Virus record (IMG/VR): IMGVR_UViG_3300005080_000001
Location: 68,519-132,518 of that record
DNA length: 64,000 bases
Source of the DNA: a virus
Lineage: Duplodnaviria > Caudoviricetes
Reading direction: 5' to 3' (one strand)
Part shown: one piece after another, positions 38,316-50,900 of the stretch
Layout of the letters: every line of letters starts with the position of its first letter
Numbering within the stretch: the stretch's first letter is position 1
Translations under genes and position numbers: made by a program
The notes under the pieces: generated by a model
The model's input: only the letters and a program-made list of their open reading frames with translations
What the model was told of the DNA's origin: nothing
The model's database searches: none

Positions 38316-39476
38316 TTAATACTTAATCCAGATGTCGCCATCATCACCTTGAGGGGCTTGCCAATCAAGGAATAGTCGCTTTCCACCTATTTTAATATGG
38401 TTAGCGCCAAACTCAACTGCGCTTCTGTTTCTGTCAGTAGTAAAGAAGAATCTATCATTGTTCCAATCGTAACAACCAAGTTGTCGTGTGGTCTTATTCA
38501 TATAGAACCCCATACCCTTGTCGTTATCATCGGCTCTAAACTTGATATCAGTTTCCTTGTTCTTACTATTAAGTTCGATTCCATAATCAGAAGTAATGAC
38601 TCCATCGCCTCGAACTTTCATATCACCATAGAACTGAGATCGTAAAATTAAACTACCATTAGTAGGATCAACGAATACACGACCAATTTCACCATTTCCA
38701 CCCTCTGCGAACACAAGATCTCCAGAGTTCATAGAACCTTCTGATGCACGAAGGACAATATCTTGACCATTTTGTATAACAACGTTCTTTTGGAAGTTAG
38801 ATTCCACGTCTACTCTAGCAAACTTACTGCCATGGATGCCGTCAACTGTATCAGCATCTAGCCCACTACCAGAACCATCATTGCCAGTGTGGATTATTTT
38901 ATAGGTGTTTGTTCCATCTGTAATCGAAAGATCAGTTGTCTTTGATTGAATAATTGTCTTTGCTGTTTTATCACCAAGGACAACATCGCTAGTAGCATTA
39001 ACCATACCGATATTTAAGTTCTTAGCGCCAGATGAATCCTTACCTGCGAATGACTTACCATTTGCTACTGCTAGAGTATTTGTAAGGTCTCCACCGCTTA
39101 ATTTTACGTAAACAGTGTCATGGTTATGACCTTTAAAAGTTTGAAGGTCTTTGTCTACTCCTGCAATAGCAGTTGTGTTTGTATCTGTCTTCGCCTTTAC
39201 CTCATTAATTGCAGGTACAACTGTTTTAGCAGTCGTTGTAAGAGCGCTTGCAGTTCCAACACTTGCTTTTAACCCACTGATATCAGTGGCATTATTAATA
39301 GTTTTAGCATCAACCACAGTAATGTCTGAATTGATACTATCTAGCTTGCCTTGCAAGTCTCCTGTTACGTTCCCATTCGAATCAAGAACTTTAACTTGCT
39401 TTACTTGTGTTTCATAATGTAGTACGTCATAAGTCGTACCATTGTCATAGTTAGCCTGTGCCGTTTTAATTGCCAA
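38316..39476 (-). CDS. Tail fibre-like protein
   Basis: LTTTAKTVVPAINEV, HNHD, GSGLDADTVDG, GDIWI motifs. Confidence 0.75.
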   Translation of the reverse strand: MAIKTAQANYDNGTTYDVLHYETQVKQVKVLDSNGNVTGDLQGKLDSINSDITVVDAKTINNATDISGLKASVGTASALTTTAKTVVPAINEVKAKTDTNTTAIAGVDKDLQTFKGHNHDTVYVKLSGGDLTNTLAVANGKSFAGKDSSGAKNLNIGMVNATSDVVLGDKTAKTIIQSKTTDLSITDGTNTYKIIHTGNDGSGSGLDADTVDGIHGSKFARVDVESNFQKNVVIQNGQDIVLRASEGSMNSGDLVFAEGGNGEIGRVFVDPTNGSLILRSQFYGDMKVRGDGVITSDYGIELNSKNKETDIKFRADDNDKGMGFYMNKTTRQLGCYDWNNDRFFFTTDRNRSAVEFGANHIKIGGKRLFLDWQAPQGDDGDIWIKY

Positions 39477-39493
39477 GACTTAACATCTCCTTT

Positions 39494-39886
39494 CTATTCT
39501 AGTTCTAATATAACGTCATCGCTAATTTTTCCTGTACTTGGGTCTTCTGTCACATCAACACCACTTACACCCTTGCCAATATCTTGATCGTACATTACAA
39601 ATGAAGTGGGTCTAGATGATCCAACCTTGCCAATTACAGCCTTCTTTGTGTTATCATTGTATAAATCTTGAATGATTACGACATCGTCTTTTTGAACCCA
39701 GTCATGAAGATGCTCTGGTAACGTACAAGAAATCTCGTTATCAGCTAGTTTAACTACACAATTTGGCAATGAGACAGATATGACTTTTCCGATGGAAGAA
39801 GATGTGTAATTCATCTTCTTAATCCGTTCGGAAACCATAATATCAATTGCATCTAATAAGCTGTCTTGAATTGATTTATCCATCAT
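39494..39886 (-). CDS. Hypothetical virion/baseplate protein
   Basis: Position in tail operon. Confidence 0.6.
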   Translation of the reverse strand: MMDKSIQDSLLDAIDIMVSERIKKMNYTSSSIGKVISVSLPNCVVKLADNEISCTLPEHLHDWVQKDDVVIIQDLYNDNTKKAVIGKVGSSRPTSFVMYDQDIGKGVSGVDVTEDPSTGKISDDVILELE

Positions 39887-39897
39887 TTTTCACCAAC

Positions 39898-40590
39898 TTA
39901 CGAATCTGTTTTAATCCAGATTGTTCCTACAGCATGTTTTGCAGGCTGTGTTTTACTTACGATTTGGCGATCCCATAATGTCCATTTTGTTGAAGCAGAT
40001 GGTGTTTCACCTGCAGATACGCTCGTATTTGCATAGTACAGTAAACCATCTGTGAAGCTAACAGCATCACCAAGTACGTATGTTTTCGTATTATCGTATA
40101 AACCTCGATAAGCAAGATTTAAACCAATGTCACCCTTATCCCCTTTTGTAGAGATTTTCTGCCACTTTGTAGCATCTGTAGGTGCTGTTCCTGCAGTTGT
40201 ATCTTGTAAGCAAAGATATAAATCACCATTATATGTGACCATGTTTTGGAACTTATAAGCTTTTGTTGCGCTGTAAACACCAATTAAATGAAAGGCGTTT
40301 ACGTATGATGCCCACTCAGTTTGTTTTTGACCGATGTATCCATCAATCCCAGTCTTGATGAATGTTTGCATGGATACTAGGCTATCTCCGAACTTATTCC
40401 ACGTCTCTGGCGTGATGATAAAATCAGACAACTGAGTTGTGAGACCATTAAGTTCGGTTTGCTCTACTGATGATAAAGTAGGCTTCATCTTTAACTCTTG
40501 ATATCTTTTTGCCTGCGTTACCATAGAGGCAGGTAGATCATATAGATCCTTGAATGAATCTATTTGTTGTGGAAATGTACTTCTACTCAA
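39898..40590 (-). CDS. Virion protein with CBM5/12-like repeats
   Basis: Y..NMVTYNGDLY...P....W and Y.LGDAV....LYY...P....W repeats. Confidence 0.65.
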   Translation of the reverse strand: MSRSTFPQQIDSFKDLYDLPASMVTQAKRYQELKMKPTLSSVEQTELNGLTTQLSDFIITPETWNKFGDSLVSMQTFIKTGIDGYIGQKQTEWASYVNAFHLIGVYSATKAYKFQNMVTYNGDLYLCLQDTTAGTAPTDATKWQKISTKGDKGDIGLNLAYRGLYDNTKTYVLGDAVSFTDGLLYYANTSVSAGETPSASTKWTLWDRQIVSKTQPAKHAVGTIWIKTDS

Positions 40591-40608
40591 AGTTATCTTC
40601 CTTTCTTT

Positions 40609-40704
40609 TTGCAATACTTTTGCTTAATAGTGATTAAGCGTTGCCTCCAGTATCACTCCTATATATCATATCACAAGTTATTTTTATTGTCAATACTTTT
40701 GTTT
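40609..40704 (-). promoter_or_regulatory. Paired repeat motif and sigmaA promoter
   Basis: AAACAAAAGTA-TTGACA-17-TATGAT; second motif 79 bp downstream. Confidence 0.75.
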
Positions 40705-42781
40705 AAGGTTTTTCAAATGTCACATCAAAGCCCGTTGATATAATACCTGCTACAGCCTTTGACTCATCAAATATACTTTCAGCATTTAAAGGAACTGTTC
40801 CTCTATGGTCTGATCCACCAATTGAACCAGTATCTGCTTCGTCAGAGCCAATATTCAATATCACTTTTGTTTTAACATAATTCATAGCATTATTCTTAAA
40901 GTCGTTTACAAAATCAGCGAAAGTCTTGAATGTAGTATTAGCTACAATTGCCTCTTTTACAGCCGTTGTTCCATCACTTCCAGAATTCTTGACCGTAGCC
41001 ATAAAGTCCTTCATTGTTTTTCCAACGACAATCTTCTTATCGATATACTTCATGATTAAGTAACTAGCGCTATATTCATTACTGTCGGCAACCCAACTAT
41101 CAGTTCCATTAAGTAATCCTACTGCACGGTTAATAACAAACTGTAGCATAGCATCATTAATCTTCCCGTTTTCTACAATACTAACTTTTAATCGCTCATC
41201 TGCTCCGTGGATAAATTCTGCACTACCCTCTTTAAACCATATTGGGAGAGTCGATGTTTTACTCATACCCATCGAACTATTCATTACAGCATGAACCACT
41301 TCGTGACCAATTACTCGGTCTGCATAATCACCCTTATTTGTATGATTATCACCATTATCATCTGTTGCATTCCCTAAATCTACAAGGTCAATTGTTAGGG
41401 TTTGTGCAGTCGTGCCAAGATATCCAGTTGTATAAGCTGTCGTTCCACCAATAGCATTATATTCGAAGTTTACAACGAGTTTTGTTCCATTACCTGTCAA
41501 TCCGTAATAATCTGCTATTCTTTGTTCTGGCAATGATAGCCATCCTTTGTTTGTGATGTTGTTAATGATGTAATCAACTTTTTGATCATGAGTGTCAATA
41601 AGAGTATCGTCATAATACAACTTAGTAACCTGTAGCTGTGCAAACTCATTTGGCAATAATCCAAATGTAGTTGCGTAAACAACATACTTCTCCATTTCTT
41701 TTGTAGCAGGATTCCATGCTTCTACAACATGGTTTGCATCTAAGAAGTAGATTGGAAGTGTTGTTATTGTTCCGCTCTCTTGTAGATTGCTTGCCTTGTA
41801 TAGTTCGTATCTTGCCTTTGCTTCACATTGTTCCTTTTTTGTTAAACTTTCTTCAACAAACACCTTTTTCTTAATACCTATATTATCCGCTCCAAATGTT
41901 TCACTTGGAACTAAATCAGCTTGCGACCTAGGTATGAGACCTGTTTTTTCGTCCATTGCTCCAAAAACAACTACCCTGTTCTTTACTCCTTTATAGGTAA
42001 AGTTTTCATTAAATGCAATAACCATTGGAGAATGTTCATCGAATACAAAGTCTGGTTCTACATCTCTGTCAAAAACGAATTTCATTTTACGGAATACGAA
42101 TTTCCCTTCTGTATCATAGAAGCATTCCCAATCCATATACAGACCTACAATTTTTTGAATGGCATCTAAGACATTTGAACCTTGCCCAAATTCAAGATCA
42201 TATGGAACTAATAAGTCGCCAGTGTCTTCAATCATTGATAGTTCAGTTTCTCCAACTAGTGTTAATATAGACTTTAGAGCATCTGATACCTTTACTTCCG
42301 TAGGGATTACGACCTTGTTTTCAAACTCTTCGTCTTCCCATTTTGACATTCTATCTTGAAGTGTAATAGAAATAGAACGATTGTCTTTATTTACTGTTAC
42401 ACTTGGCTCTGATATATAAAATGTTCCCAAACAGAAGTGAGTTGTTGTCATATTCACTGTACTTAAGTCATCAATGCCTGCGTAAATACGAATCTTATTC
42501 GTCATCCATAACAGACTTTTACTGTTAGGAAGCAGGTCGTCAAATAGGACGAAGGACAGAGAACCCGTCCTTCTTATAAAGCTTTTTGCATCGATGCTTA
42601 AATTACCTCCAGTAGAGATGCCTTGTAGAACATCTAGTGTTCTATCATTCTTATCTAGCACCTCTACCGTAACATGAAGCCTACGGATAGATTGTAAGTG
42701 GAGTCTAGTATAGTCAGCTAACTTGCCTTTTGCAGAATAACTGTTCATTACGATATTGCCTTCCATATAGCTATTCACCAC
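40703..42781 (-). CDS. Baseplate hub-like (DUF5048-like) tail protein fused to a flagellinolysin-like zinc metallopeptidase
   Basis: N-terminal hub-like domain; C-terminal DRVIGHEVVHAVM...LPIWFKEGSAEFIHGADERL. Confidence 0.75.
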   Translation of the reverse strand: MVNSYMEGNIVMNSYSAKGKLADYTRLHLQSIRRLHVTVEVLDKNDRTLDVLQGISTGGNLSIDAKSFIRRTGSLSFVLFDDLLPNSKSLLWMTNKIRIYAGIDDLSTVNMTTTHFCLGTFYISEPSVTVNKDNRSISITLQDRMSKWEDEEFENKVVIPTEVKVSDALKSILTLVGETELSMIEDTGDLLVPYDLEFGQGSNVLDAIQKIVGLYMDWECFYDTEGKFVFRKMKFVFDRDVEPDFVFDEHSPMVIAFNENFTYKGVKNRVVVFGAMDEKTGLIPRSQADLVPSETFGADNIGIKKKVFVEESLTKKEQCEAKARYELYKASNLQESGTITTLPIYFLDANHVVEAWNPATKEMEKYVVYATTFGLLPNEFAQLQVTKLYYDDTLIDTHDQKVDYIINNITNKGWLSLPEQRIADYYGLTGNGTKLVVNFEYNAIGGTTAYTTGYLGTTAQTLTIDLVDLGNATDDNGDNHTNKGDYADRVIGHEVVHAVMNSSMGMSKTSTLPIWFKEGSAEFIHGADERLKVSIVENGKINDAMLQFVINRAVGLLNGTDSWVADSNEYSASYLIMKYIDKKIVVGKTMKDFMATVKNSGSDGTTAVKEAIVANTTFKTFADFVNDFKNNAMNYVKTKVILNIGSDEADTGSIGGSDHRGTVPLNAESIFDESKAVAGIISTGFDVTFEKP

Positions 42782-43724
42782 TAATCACCTGCCCATTATC
42801 ATCAAACGTAAACTTAGACATTTCTGCTTTAGATAGTAAATTATGGCTTATGATATTCTCATGATTCAACTTGCCTATCTCAGCATATTCAAAGTTTAGA
42901 CCTGCTAGGTCACGAAGAGCCTCTTCACCCTTATGAGATTCTTTTACACCATGAGTAACAACTAGCATTAGTATTCCGCTATCCATTCGCAATACTTTTG
43001 CTTTACCGTTACTCAAGAAGTCAATCCACTTAGTTCTATTCACATGCTCTGCCATTGGATCAATGCCTGCACCGTACTTATTCACTGTGCTTTCAGATAA
43101 CGGCATGAAAGAAAGACTTCCACTTCTGTACTTGGTATTTCCGATTACGACAACAGGATACTGACCATTCAATGGTTCATTCGTAGCTGATACCATATTA
43201 TAGTTGACATCTCCAAGGTTAATATCATATTCTAACTTCATGTTCTCGTCACGGTCTGTTAAGAAGATACCTTGATACTCAACATGTACTGGGTCAGAAT
43301 AAAGCTTATCCCCTTGAACCTCATTCGCCACTGGAACAACAGCGTATTTATATGTCACTCCGTTTTGAACATACTTATCTAGGTAGTTGTATACGTTGAA
43401 GTCTGGATTGTATTCGAATTCACCAATTACATCCCATTGATCGCTACCTTCAACTGAACGATACAATTGAATATGAGTTACCTTAAATCCGTCTGCTCCG
43501 ATGTCGCCAGAATCTAAGTCTCCCTTAAATTTAGCATCCATGATGGTTTGAATCTTCCACATAAACGGTTTTTCTATAGTGTCTGGGACAGTAGTATCTA
43601 GGTCAACGTATACCTCGTCATACGTTCCTGCTCCCATTCGTAGTTCATCTAAATGATCGGTACAAATTGGCGTGTCGAAAATAGCACCTTCTTCTAATGC
43701 GAAGAAATTATAACCTATAATCAC
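42771..43724 (-). CDS. Distal tail/baseplate protein with FN3-like segment
   Basis: YLDKYVQNGVTYKYAVVPV; downstream of tape measure. Confidence 0.6.
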   Translation of the reverse strand: MIIGYNFFALEEGAIFDTPICTDHLDELRMGAGTYDEVYVDLDTTVPDTIEKPFMWKIQTIMDAKFKGDLDSGDIGADGFKVTHIQLYRSVEGSDQWDVIGEFEYNPDFNVYNYLDKYVQNGVTYKYAVVPVANEVQGDKLYSDPVHVEYQGIFLTDRDENMKLEYDINLGDVNYNMVSATNEPLNGQYPVVVIGNTKYRSGSLSFMPLSESTVNKYGAGIDPMAEHVNRTKWIDFLSNGKAKVLRMDSGILMLVVTHGVKESHKGEEALRDLAGLNFEYAEIGKLNHENIISHNLLSKAEMSKFTFDDNGQVISGE

Positions 43725-43737
43725 GTTATCACCTCTC

Positions 43738-44814
43738 TTATAATAGTTCTAAATTCAAGTCAATACGATGCTCAATTGCCTTCACATATAACATGAATTG
43801 AGCATGAGTTGGAATAGTAAGCTTATTAGAAGTATGTCGTGATGTTACTCCTGCATACTCTTTTACTACTACTACTCTATCTGCAAGTTTCCAAAATTGA
43901 AGAACAATGCCAGACTCATTTTTGGGACTCAACTCCATAAACATAGAGTTGACTGGCACGTCTTTGCACCATACTTTCATAACGAAATCAGATGCTCTGT
44001 TCATTCCAAGACCTTTAAATATTAAAGGATTGTCTGGAGGAACAATGATCCATTCATTATCTTCGTACTGGTAGTTATCGCTGATATATGTGTCATTTGG
44101 ATCTGTTACCCTTACTTGCGTACCAATAAGTTGCTTTAGGTTTGTTGTGATTCGTACAAACCCTTCTTCTTTATCGTTTCTTGTCTGAATGACACCATTG
44201 ATAGAAGGAACTAGATATAAAGGAATGAATTTCTCTCTTTGAGACCAGATGAATCCACTCTTTGTTTCTATCCAACACTCAATAAAGTAGCCCTTGCTTT
44301 TCTCAAGGTTATTTACAGTCTCTGTTAATGTAATACCTGCATCTTCTGGATAGCGCAACGGGAAACTTTGAATTAAGTTTTCATGCTCATCGTACAGTTT
44401 AAATCGATAGTTCTTTACGACTTCTCCGTCAGCTTGAGAATATCTAGCAATGAATGTAACGTCAGAGTTGTAAACATATCCATGCCCATCTATATTCTCT
44501 ATGTCTAGAATAGGCGTTTTAAGCGTTCTAAATTGGATCGAATTAGAATATTGGGAATATGTTCCATCAATGAATTTCGCTCTAATTTTAGCAGTGTATG
44601 TCTTCCCATTTTGCAGTGTAGTAGGTGGAACATGATGAACCTTTTCTACTCCTTGGTAATCAAAGTCATACACAACAAGACCAGTATCCTTATCTGTGAT
44701 TCTCAGATTGTTTGCTTTCGACTGCGCACTGCCTGTATATACGTAATAAATACTCGTGCCAACTAAGGCATCAAAAGGATTTATTTCCAACAGCATAGGT
44801 ACAATCTCTGCCAT
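43738..44814 (-). CDS. Beta-rich tail/baseplate protein (FN3-like)
   Basis: LQNGKTYTAKIRA...YS.YS; GAGGTG RBS at ATG 44814. Confidence 0.6.
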   Translation of the reverse strand: MAEIVPMLLEINPFDALVGTSIYYVYTGSAQSKANNLRITDKDTGLVVYDFDYQGVEKVHHVPPTTLQNGKTYTAKIRAKFIDGTYSQYSNSIQFRTLKTPILDIENIDGHGYVYNSDVTFIARYSQADGEVVKNYRFKLYDEHENLIQSFPLRYPEDAGITLTETVNNLEKSKGYFIECWIETKSGFIWSQREKFIPLYLVPSINGVIQTRNDKEEGFVRITTNLKQLIGTQVRVTDPNDTYISDNYQYEDNEWIIVPPDNPLIFKGLGMNRASDFVMKVWCKDVPVNSMFMELSPKNESGIVLQFWKLADRVVVVKEYAGVTSRHTSNKLTIPTHAQFMLYVKAIEHRIDLNLELL

Positions 44815-44827
44815 ATAAACACCTCTT

Positions 44828-44914
44828 TTGCAATACTTTTGGTTAAGAGGAGTTGATAAAAAACCAAACTCCTCTACCAAAGTTTATTATAATTGAATTA
44901 CATTACTTTGTAAA
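44828..44914 (-). promoter_or_regulatory. Promoter, leader hairpin and repeat motif
   Basis: TTTACA-17-TATAAT; AGAGGAGTT/AACTCCTCT stem; motif next to RBS. Confidence 0.75.
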
Positions 44915-44915
44915 G

Positions 44916-47900
44916 CTAGTTCTTAGACTTCGCTTTTTGCAATGCTAATTGTGGCAATCCTAGAATTGCATCTTGAAGACCTTTTCCATCAGTTACGTTA
45001 GGGAATTCAAGCTTAGAAATACTGATAGCCGTGTTAGCAGATGAAGTTGCCTTTGTTGCATTTACAGATGTATTAGGAAGTTTTGCTGTTATTACATTAG
45101 CAAATATCTCCCCTAGCTGAGAACTGATATCTATAAATGTATTTTTAAGTTCATCTGTCATAGTTTTTGTAGCAGTTACGAGATAAGCATCTGCAGGCGT
45201 ACCTTTAATAATACTATTATTATCGTCAAGGTATTTTGCATACTCTTTTCCTAGTTCATCGATATTAGCGCCTAGTTCTGGATACTTCGAGATGATGCCC
45301 TTGAATGCTTCTCCTAGATCTTTGATAGCATCTTTAAAGTCATTAACATTATCGTATTGACCATTTTGAGCATCCTGCATGATTTTTTCAAGCTGACTTA
45401 GATAATCTTCTTTAGCCTTATCTTCCATTTGCTTTAATTCAATCTGTGCTTGCTTCAAGTCATCTTGAGCCTGCTTAACTTGTGTTGCATCAGCAGTGTA
45501 CGACCAGTCCCAACCGCCATTTGCATTCTTCTGCAATGTTTGAACAGTTCGCTGTTTATTTATGTTGTCAACTTTTTGTTGTAACTCAATAATATCAAGC
45601 TGTTTGTTCAAGTAGTCCATCTCGAATGCGCTAACCTCTTTTTGCTTATCAAGAAGATCAAGTTTCTCCTTGTTAACCGTAGTTCCCAAGTCAGCCATGC
45701 GTTGATACATTTTTTCAAGAGCAAGTTCCTTCTCTAATCCAGACAGCCATAATTGCTGATGAACACTCCAAGCATCATGAGACTTTCCATCAAACAACTG
45801 CTTCTCAATTGATTTCGTAGTAGATTCGAATGAGTTTGCAAGGATGTTCTTGTTCATTTGAACCAACTGCTGATTACTGTCATTTAACTGCTGATTGTAT
45901 TCCTTTAACTTCTCATTGATAGTATTCCATTCGAAGCTTCCTTCGTCTAGTTTCTTCATTTGAGATTGAAGGCTTTCAATATTTTTCTTGATTAAATCGT
46001 GTTTACCTTGCTCTGAACCGAATAGAGCAGTTAGTAATGCACCCTTAGAGCTATAAGAACCAGTTCCAATTGCAGTTACTAAGTCGTATGTTGTCTGTAG
46101 ATCGCTCTGCATATCAGACTGTTTGTTGATTATTTCATCCATCAAGCTAAACTCAAAATCATAACGTGTTTTAATCGTGTCCTTGATTTTGTTTTGAGCA
46201 TCAATATTAGACTGTTCGTACTCAGCGATTTGATCGTTTCTTTTCTGAACATCGTCATCTGTTAATGCATCATTTTTCAGTTCATTTTGAAGTTCTTTGA
46301 TAGCATCATTATTTCCGTTTATCTGTGCCTTGAAATAATCGATATCAATACCAAAGCTACTAATGATATAATCATTTGTAAGCTTTTTACGCTTCTCTGA
46401 ATCTGTTTCCCTAGCTAAATTGTCTTGATATTTCTTCTGTAGTTGAGCCTTCTTCTTCTCTACATCTCCAAAATACTTCTCAAGCTTCTTAGCTGTTTCT
46501 GCGTAGTTTGTGTCAATACCTGCGATACCTGCTAAATCTCCATATTGTGAACTAATAGCTGTATAATTAACATTATTGCCATTTACATAATCCGTCTTCA
46601 TTGTAAACAAGTTTTTATACATTTCACTATGAATTCTTAATGTTTCATTGGCAACTCCGCTTTCACGGTCAATGTTCTTCTTAGCATATGCAGTAAGAGC
46701 ATCGTCAACCTGTTTTTCAAGGGTAATACGTTCTTTCGCTAACTTTTCATAAGCATTGTCTCTACTTAAATCTAGCGTACTATCAGTAGAACTGTAAAGG
46801 TCACCAAGTTTCGTACCGCTTAAAAGACCGTCCCGCAGATTCTGGATATTATTGTCGTTCTTACCAATGTTCTTCTCTAATTCATTATTAAACTTAGCAA
46901 CATCCTGTGTAACTCTATCAAATTCAAGATCGCTAATAGCTTGACGATATTTCAAGATATTATCTGCTTGTGCTTTAATAGAAGAGCCTAGGCTGTCTAA
47001 TGTTTGTTTAAGCTGTTCTCCAGTCTCTTTATGCTGAATACTAGCTTGAGACATAACATTAAACTCATACATGATGTCATTAAGATTTTTCTTAGCCTTA
47101 TCCATTGCCTGCTCATTCATCATAAGAGCAAGTTCTTTATCTCCAGATCCTATCAAGTTAAGCTTCAAATCAAATTGAGAATCTGAATTGGCAATTTGCT
47201 GAGTTAATACATCAATCCACTTAAGCTTATCTTTCCAAGCATCTAATTCGATTTGGATATTGGCAAGGTCTTTCTTTTTGTTAAGATCGGCAATGCTAGA
47301 ATCTATCTCCTTAATTTTGTCATTAATCTGAGACATATCGTTATTGATAGAATGCCATTTATTAAGTAATTCATTAGCCTTGCTTGCGCTATCTCCTTGA
47401 AGATCTCTAGCGTGACCTAGGTTGTATATAGCATTATTAGACGTATCCACATTAAATCCATATCCACTAAGCTGATTAAGAACGGAGTCAATCTCACTAT
47501 TCTTTTGAGAGTAGTATGTTTGAAGATTTGCCTTTTGAGCATTTTCATTAGCTATCTGTCGATTGTAAATACCGATTAATGCTTTTTGATCTTCTCCTGC
47601 ATCAGTGATAGCACGTTCTAGGTCTTTCATAACATCTTCTAGACTTGACTGTCTATCTTCTGTGTTCCAGTATCTCCAAACATTTTCATCTACACGAGCA
47701 GGCGGAGATGTGTCGCCACTCGAAGTGTCTGCATCTACAACAGCGCCTGTATCAGATATTGGAGTAGTTGTACCAGTAGCAACACTTGCCGATGAAACTG
47801 CACCTACACCAACACTTGCTGATGAAATTCCAGTAGCACCAGATGCTTTAGGAGCGCCAGTTCCGATAGCAACAGAAGATCCAAATCCACTTTGAAGGAA

Positions 47901-50900
47901 GTCATGCCCCTTCTTAACCCAATCTGGTACACTGAAGTCAACATTGATTAATTTCGACATCGGTTGACTCATCCATTCGCTAATCTTATCCAACCAACTA
48001 AGATGAGGAACGCTAATATCAACGTCAACGCCTTTCTTTGGAGGAATCTTATTAGCAGATTCTGTAACGCCATCCGTTAATCTAATAGTTTCTGCAGTTT
48101 TACCATTGGTAGAGTCAATCGCTCCTTGAACCATTTCCTCTGCAGTCTTTCTTGTTCCTGCTTGATCCTGTGCGGATGCCTTAGCTTGAGAGTCACCATC
48201 AATCTTCTTAGCAGAAGCCTTTAATGCTTCTTCACCAGTCTTCATTTGCTCTGTTTGCTCTTCTTTAAGCTTACCAACATGTTGTGATATCTCTTCTCGA
48301 AGTTGTTTATCAGAGTTTAGCGTACTTAGTTTAACACCATCAAGTTCTGGATAAAGCGCAGTTAATTTTCTCAACTCTTCACCAGACATTTCTTGACTAC
48401 CATTCAGCTTTCCTTGAAGGTCGTTAAGTTCGCCAACGTTCTGTTTCATCTGAGCGTAAGCAGGTAGCATCGTTTGAAGAGATGTCACCAACTGCTTGCT
48501 ACTCATATCAGCTTTTCCGATAGACTCGCCTTGAGCAAGTAATGCAGTTCCGTTTTCATTAATAGCCTTTGCTTGTGCTTCGTAAGTTGATGTTGAACTC
48601 TTAATCTGAGATGTTAATTCTTCTTCATGTTTCTTCGAACTTTGAACACGACCATCCCACAGTTTATAATCTTCCGAGTTAACTGGGTACTGATCTCTTG
48701 TTTTAGCGAAGTTTTTAGTTACCTGCTCTGCATCTGCTAACTGAGCCTTAAGGCTTCCTATGTCTTTTATGGTAGTCTTGATACCACTCTTACTAGACCC
48801 AAATAAATCACCAGACTTATCTACAATCTTAATGACTGATTTAGCCTTTGTTTTATCAAGTTCTTCTTGAAGAGCCTTAAGTTTATTCAGAATGTCTTTT
48901 GTATCATTGATATCAACTCGGATTTTAACACCATTCTTATCCTTTAATCCTAGGTCTTCTGCCTGTGAATTAAATTGGTCTCGGAATTTAAGGAATTCAC
49001 TCTTATCAAGTTCTCCTTTAACATTACCCTTCTTATCAATAGCGCCACCTTTTTCAAGTTGCTTCTTCATGCTATTGATACCGTTTTGCTCTTTCTCAAC
49101 AGTACCATTGATATACATGTTTCCACCCTTGAACTTTTTCATCATGGTGTCAAATTCTTGTGTTGATATCTTGGTTTTATTTGTAACCTTATCGATTGCA
49201 TCACCAATTTTACCAAACACATCAACGCCCATAAGATCTAGAGCCATTAGGATTTCACCGACATAAGGAATTGCTTTAAGCGCTGTCTTACCTGCTAATT
49301 TAGCGCCACCACCAAGGATTCCTTTAATACCGCCACGTCCTGCCATACTCATAAGAGCGCCTGTTCCTGCTTGAGCGCCACCTGCTCTACCTGCTCTACT
49401 TGCAGAACCGCCTGCTCCACCTGTACCGCCAGTTCCACCGCCTGCTCGTCTACCCATCCTAGTTCCTGCTAAAGCGGAAGCTTCTTCTGCTCTTGTGAAT
49501 GCGCCAACCCTAGTAGTGGCACTATCAATCTGTCTCCCAACGTTTTTCCAAGCAAGTAGAAGTTCACCTGCACCTGCCATAGCGCCTTTAGCGCCAGTAG
49601 CGACAGTGTCAAATAATCTCTTAACCATATTAACACTTGCATGACCAACAATACCTGCACCAAGAAGTTTTAACATGTTCATTAGAGAGTCGTTATGAGC
49701 CAAGTTACTTGCGATTTCAAGACCTTTGATTAAGCCTCCCATTAAGTTAGACATAAGACCCTTTGAATCGCCCAGTGCATTCATAAACTTCATCCACTCT
49801 GACTTAAGTGTTGCAAGCTTGAATTTTAATGAATCAGACTGCTTTGAGAACTCGATATAAGCAGAACCATCGATTCCTTTACCCATCTGTTCTCTAGCTT
49901 CTTTTTCCGCACGAATTACAGTATCCCATTGTGAGATAATACCATTTAATACGTTGGCATGTTCCTTACCTGCTAGGTAGTAAATAGCAGTATTCTTTTG
50001 TTCATCTTTAAGTTGACCCCATTTATCATGAAGTTTTCCAACAGCATCTGTTAAACTCTTAGTTGAGTTAAGATCGATACCGATACTCTTAAAGAAGTCA
50101 AATTTGGTTTGTTGCTGTGGCGTTACTTGAGATTTAATTAAGTTGTAGTTCATCGAAATGGCTTTCATTGCCGTACCGATACGTTCTCCACCCATACGTG
50201 TAGCTTCCTGCGCTCCTGTGATCATACCAGTTAATTCTTGGAATGATACACCTGCAGTTTTTACCGTAGTAGCAGAACGCATATAAGCCTTCCCAAGATC
50301 ATCCATTTCAATAGCGTTGTTATTTGCCGTGTTATTCATGATATTAATAATGTCGTTTGCTTTAACACCTTGTTCCGTAAATGCTTTCAAAGGTACTGAC
50401 ATATATTTAACCATGTCATCTGCAGTGATATTACCAACGAATGCCCCTACTTGAGAGACTTTTGCTAATTCTTGAGACTTTTCGAAAGTTTCACCTGCTG
50501 TTACCCAAGTTTCAACTGCTTTCATATATTCGTCTGCTGTAACACCTAATGAAGATGCAACGTCATATGATGTCTCTTTGAAGCGTTGCAGTGATTCATC
50601 GGAAGCGTTGGCAACCTTTGCAACTAGCGTAAACGCTTCGTCAATCTTTAGCATTGGCTCTAGCATCATCTCAAAGCCCATTCGAGCATTTGCATAAACA
50701 GTGTATGGATCAACTAAACCACCAGTATCATTGAATGATCTGTCTCGTTCACGAGCGATACTTCTACGGCTATTTAATTCAAGCTGTGCATTAGAAGCTT
50801 GCTTAATTTGTTCGATTTCTTTCATTCGTTGCGCTGTAAGCTTCTCTTCCGCAGAAAGAGAGTTTTTTATAGCATTAGCTTTTTGCTCTTCTGCATGTAG

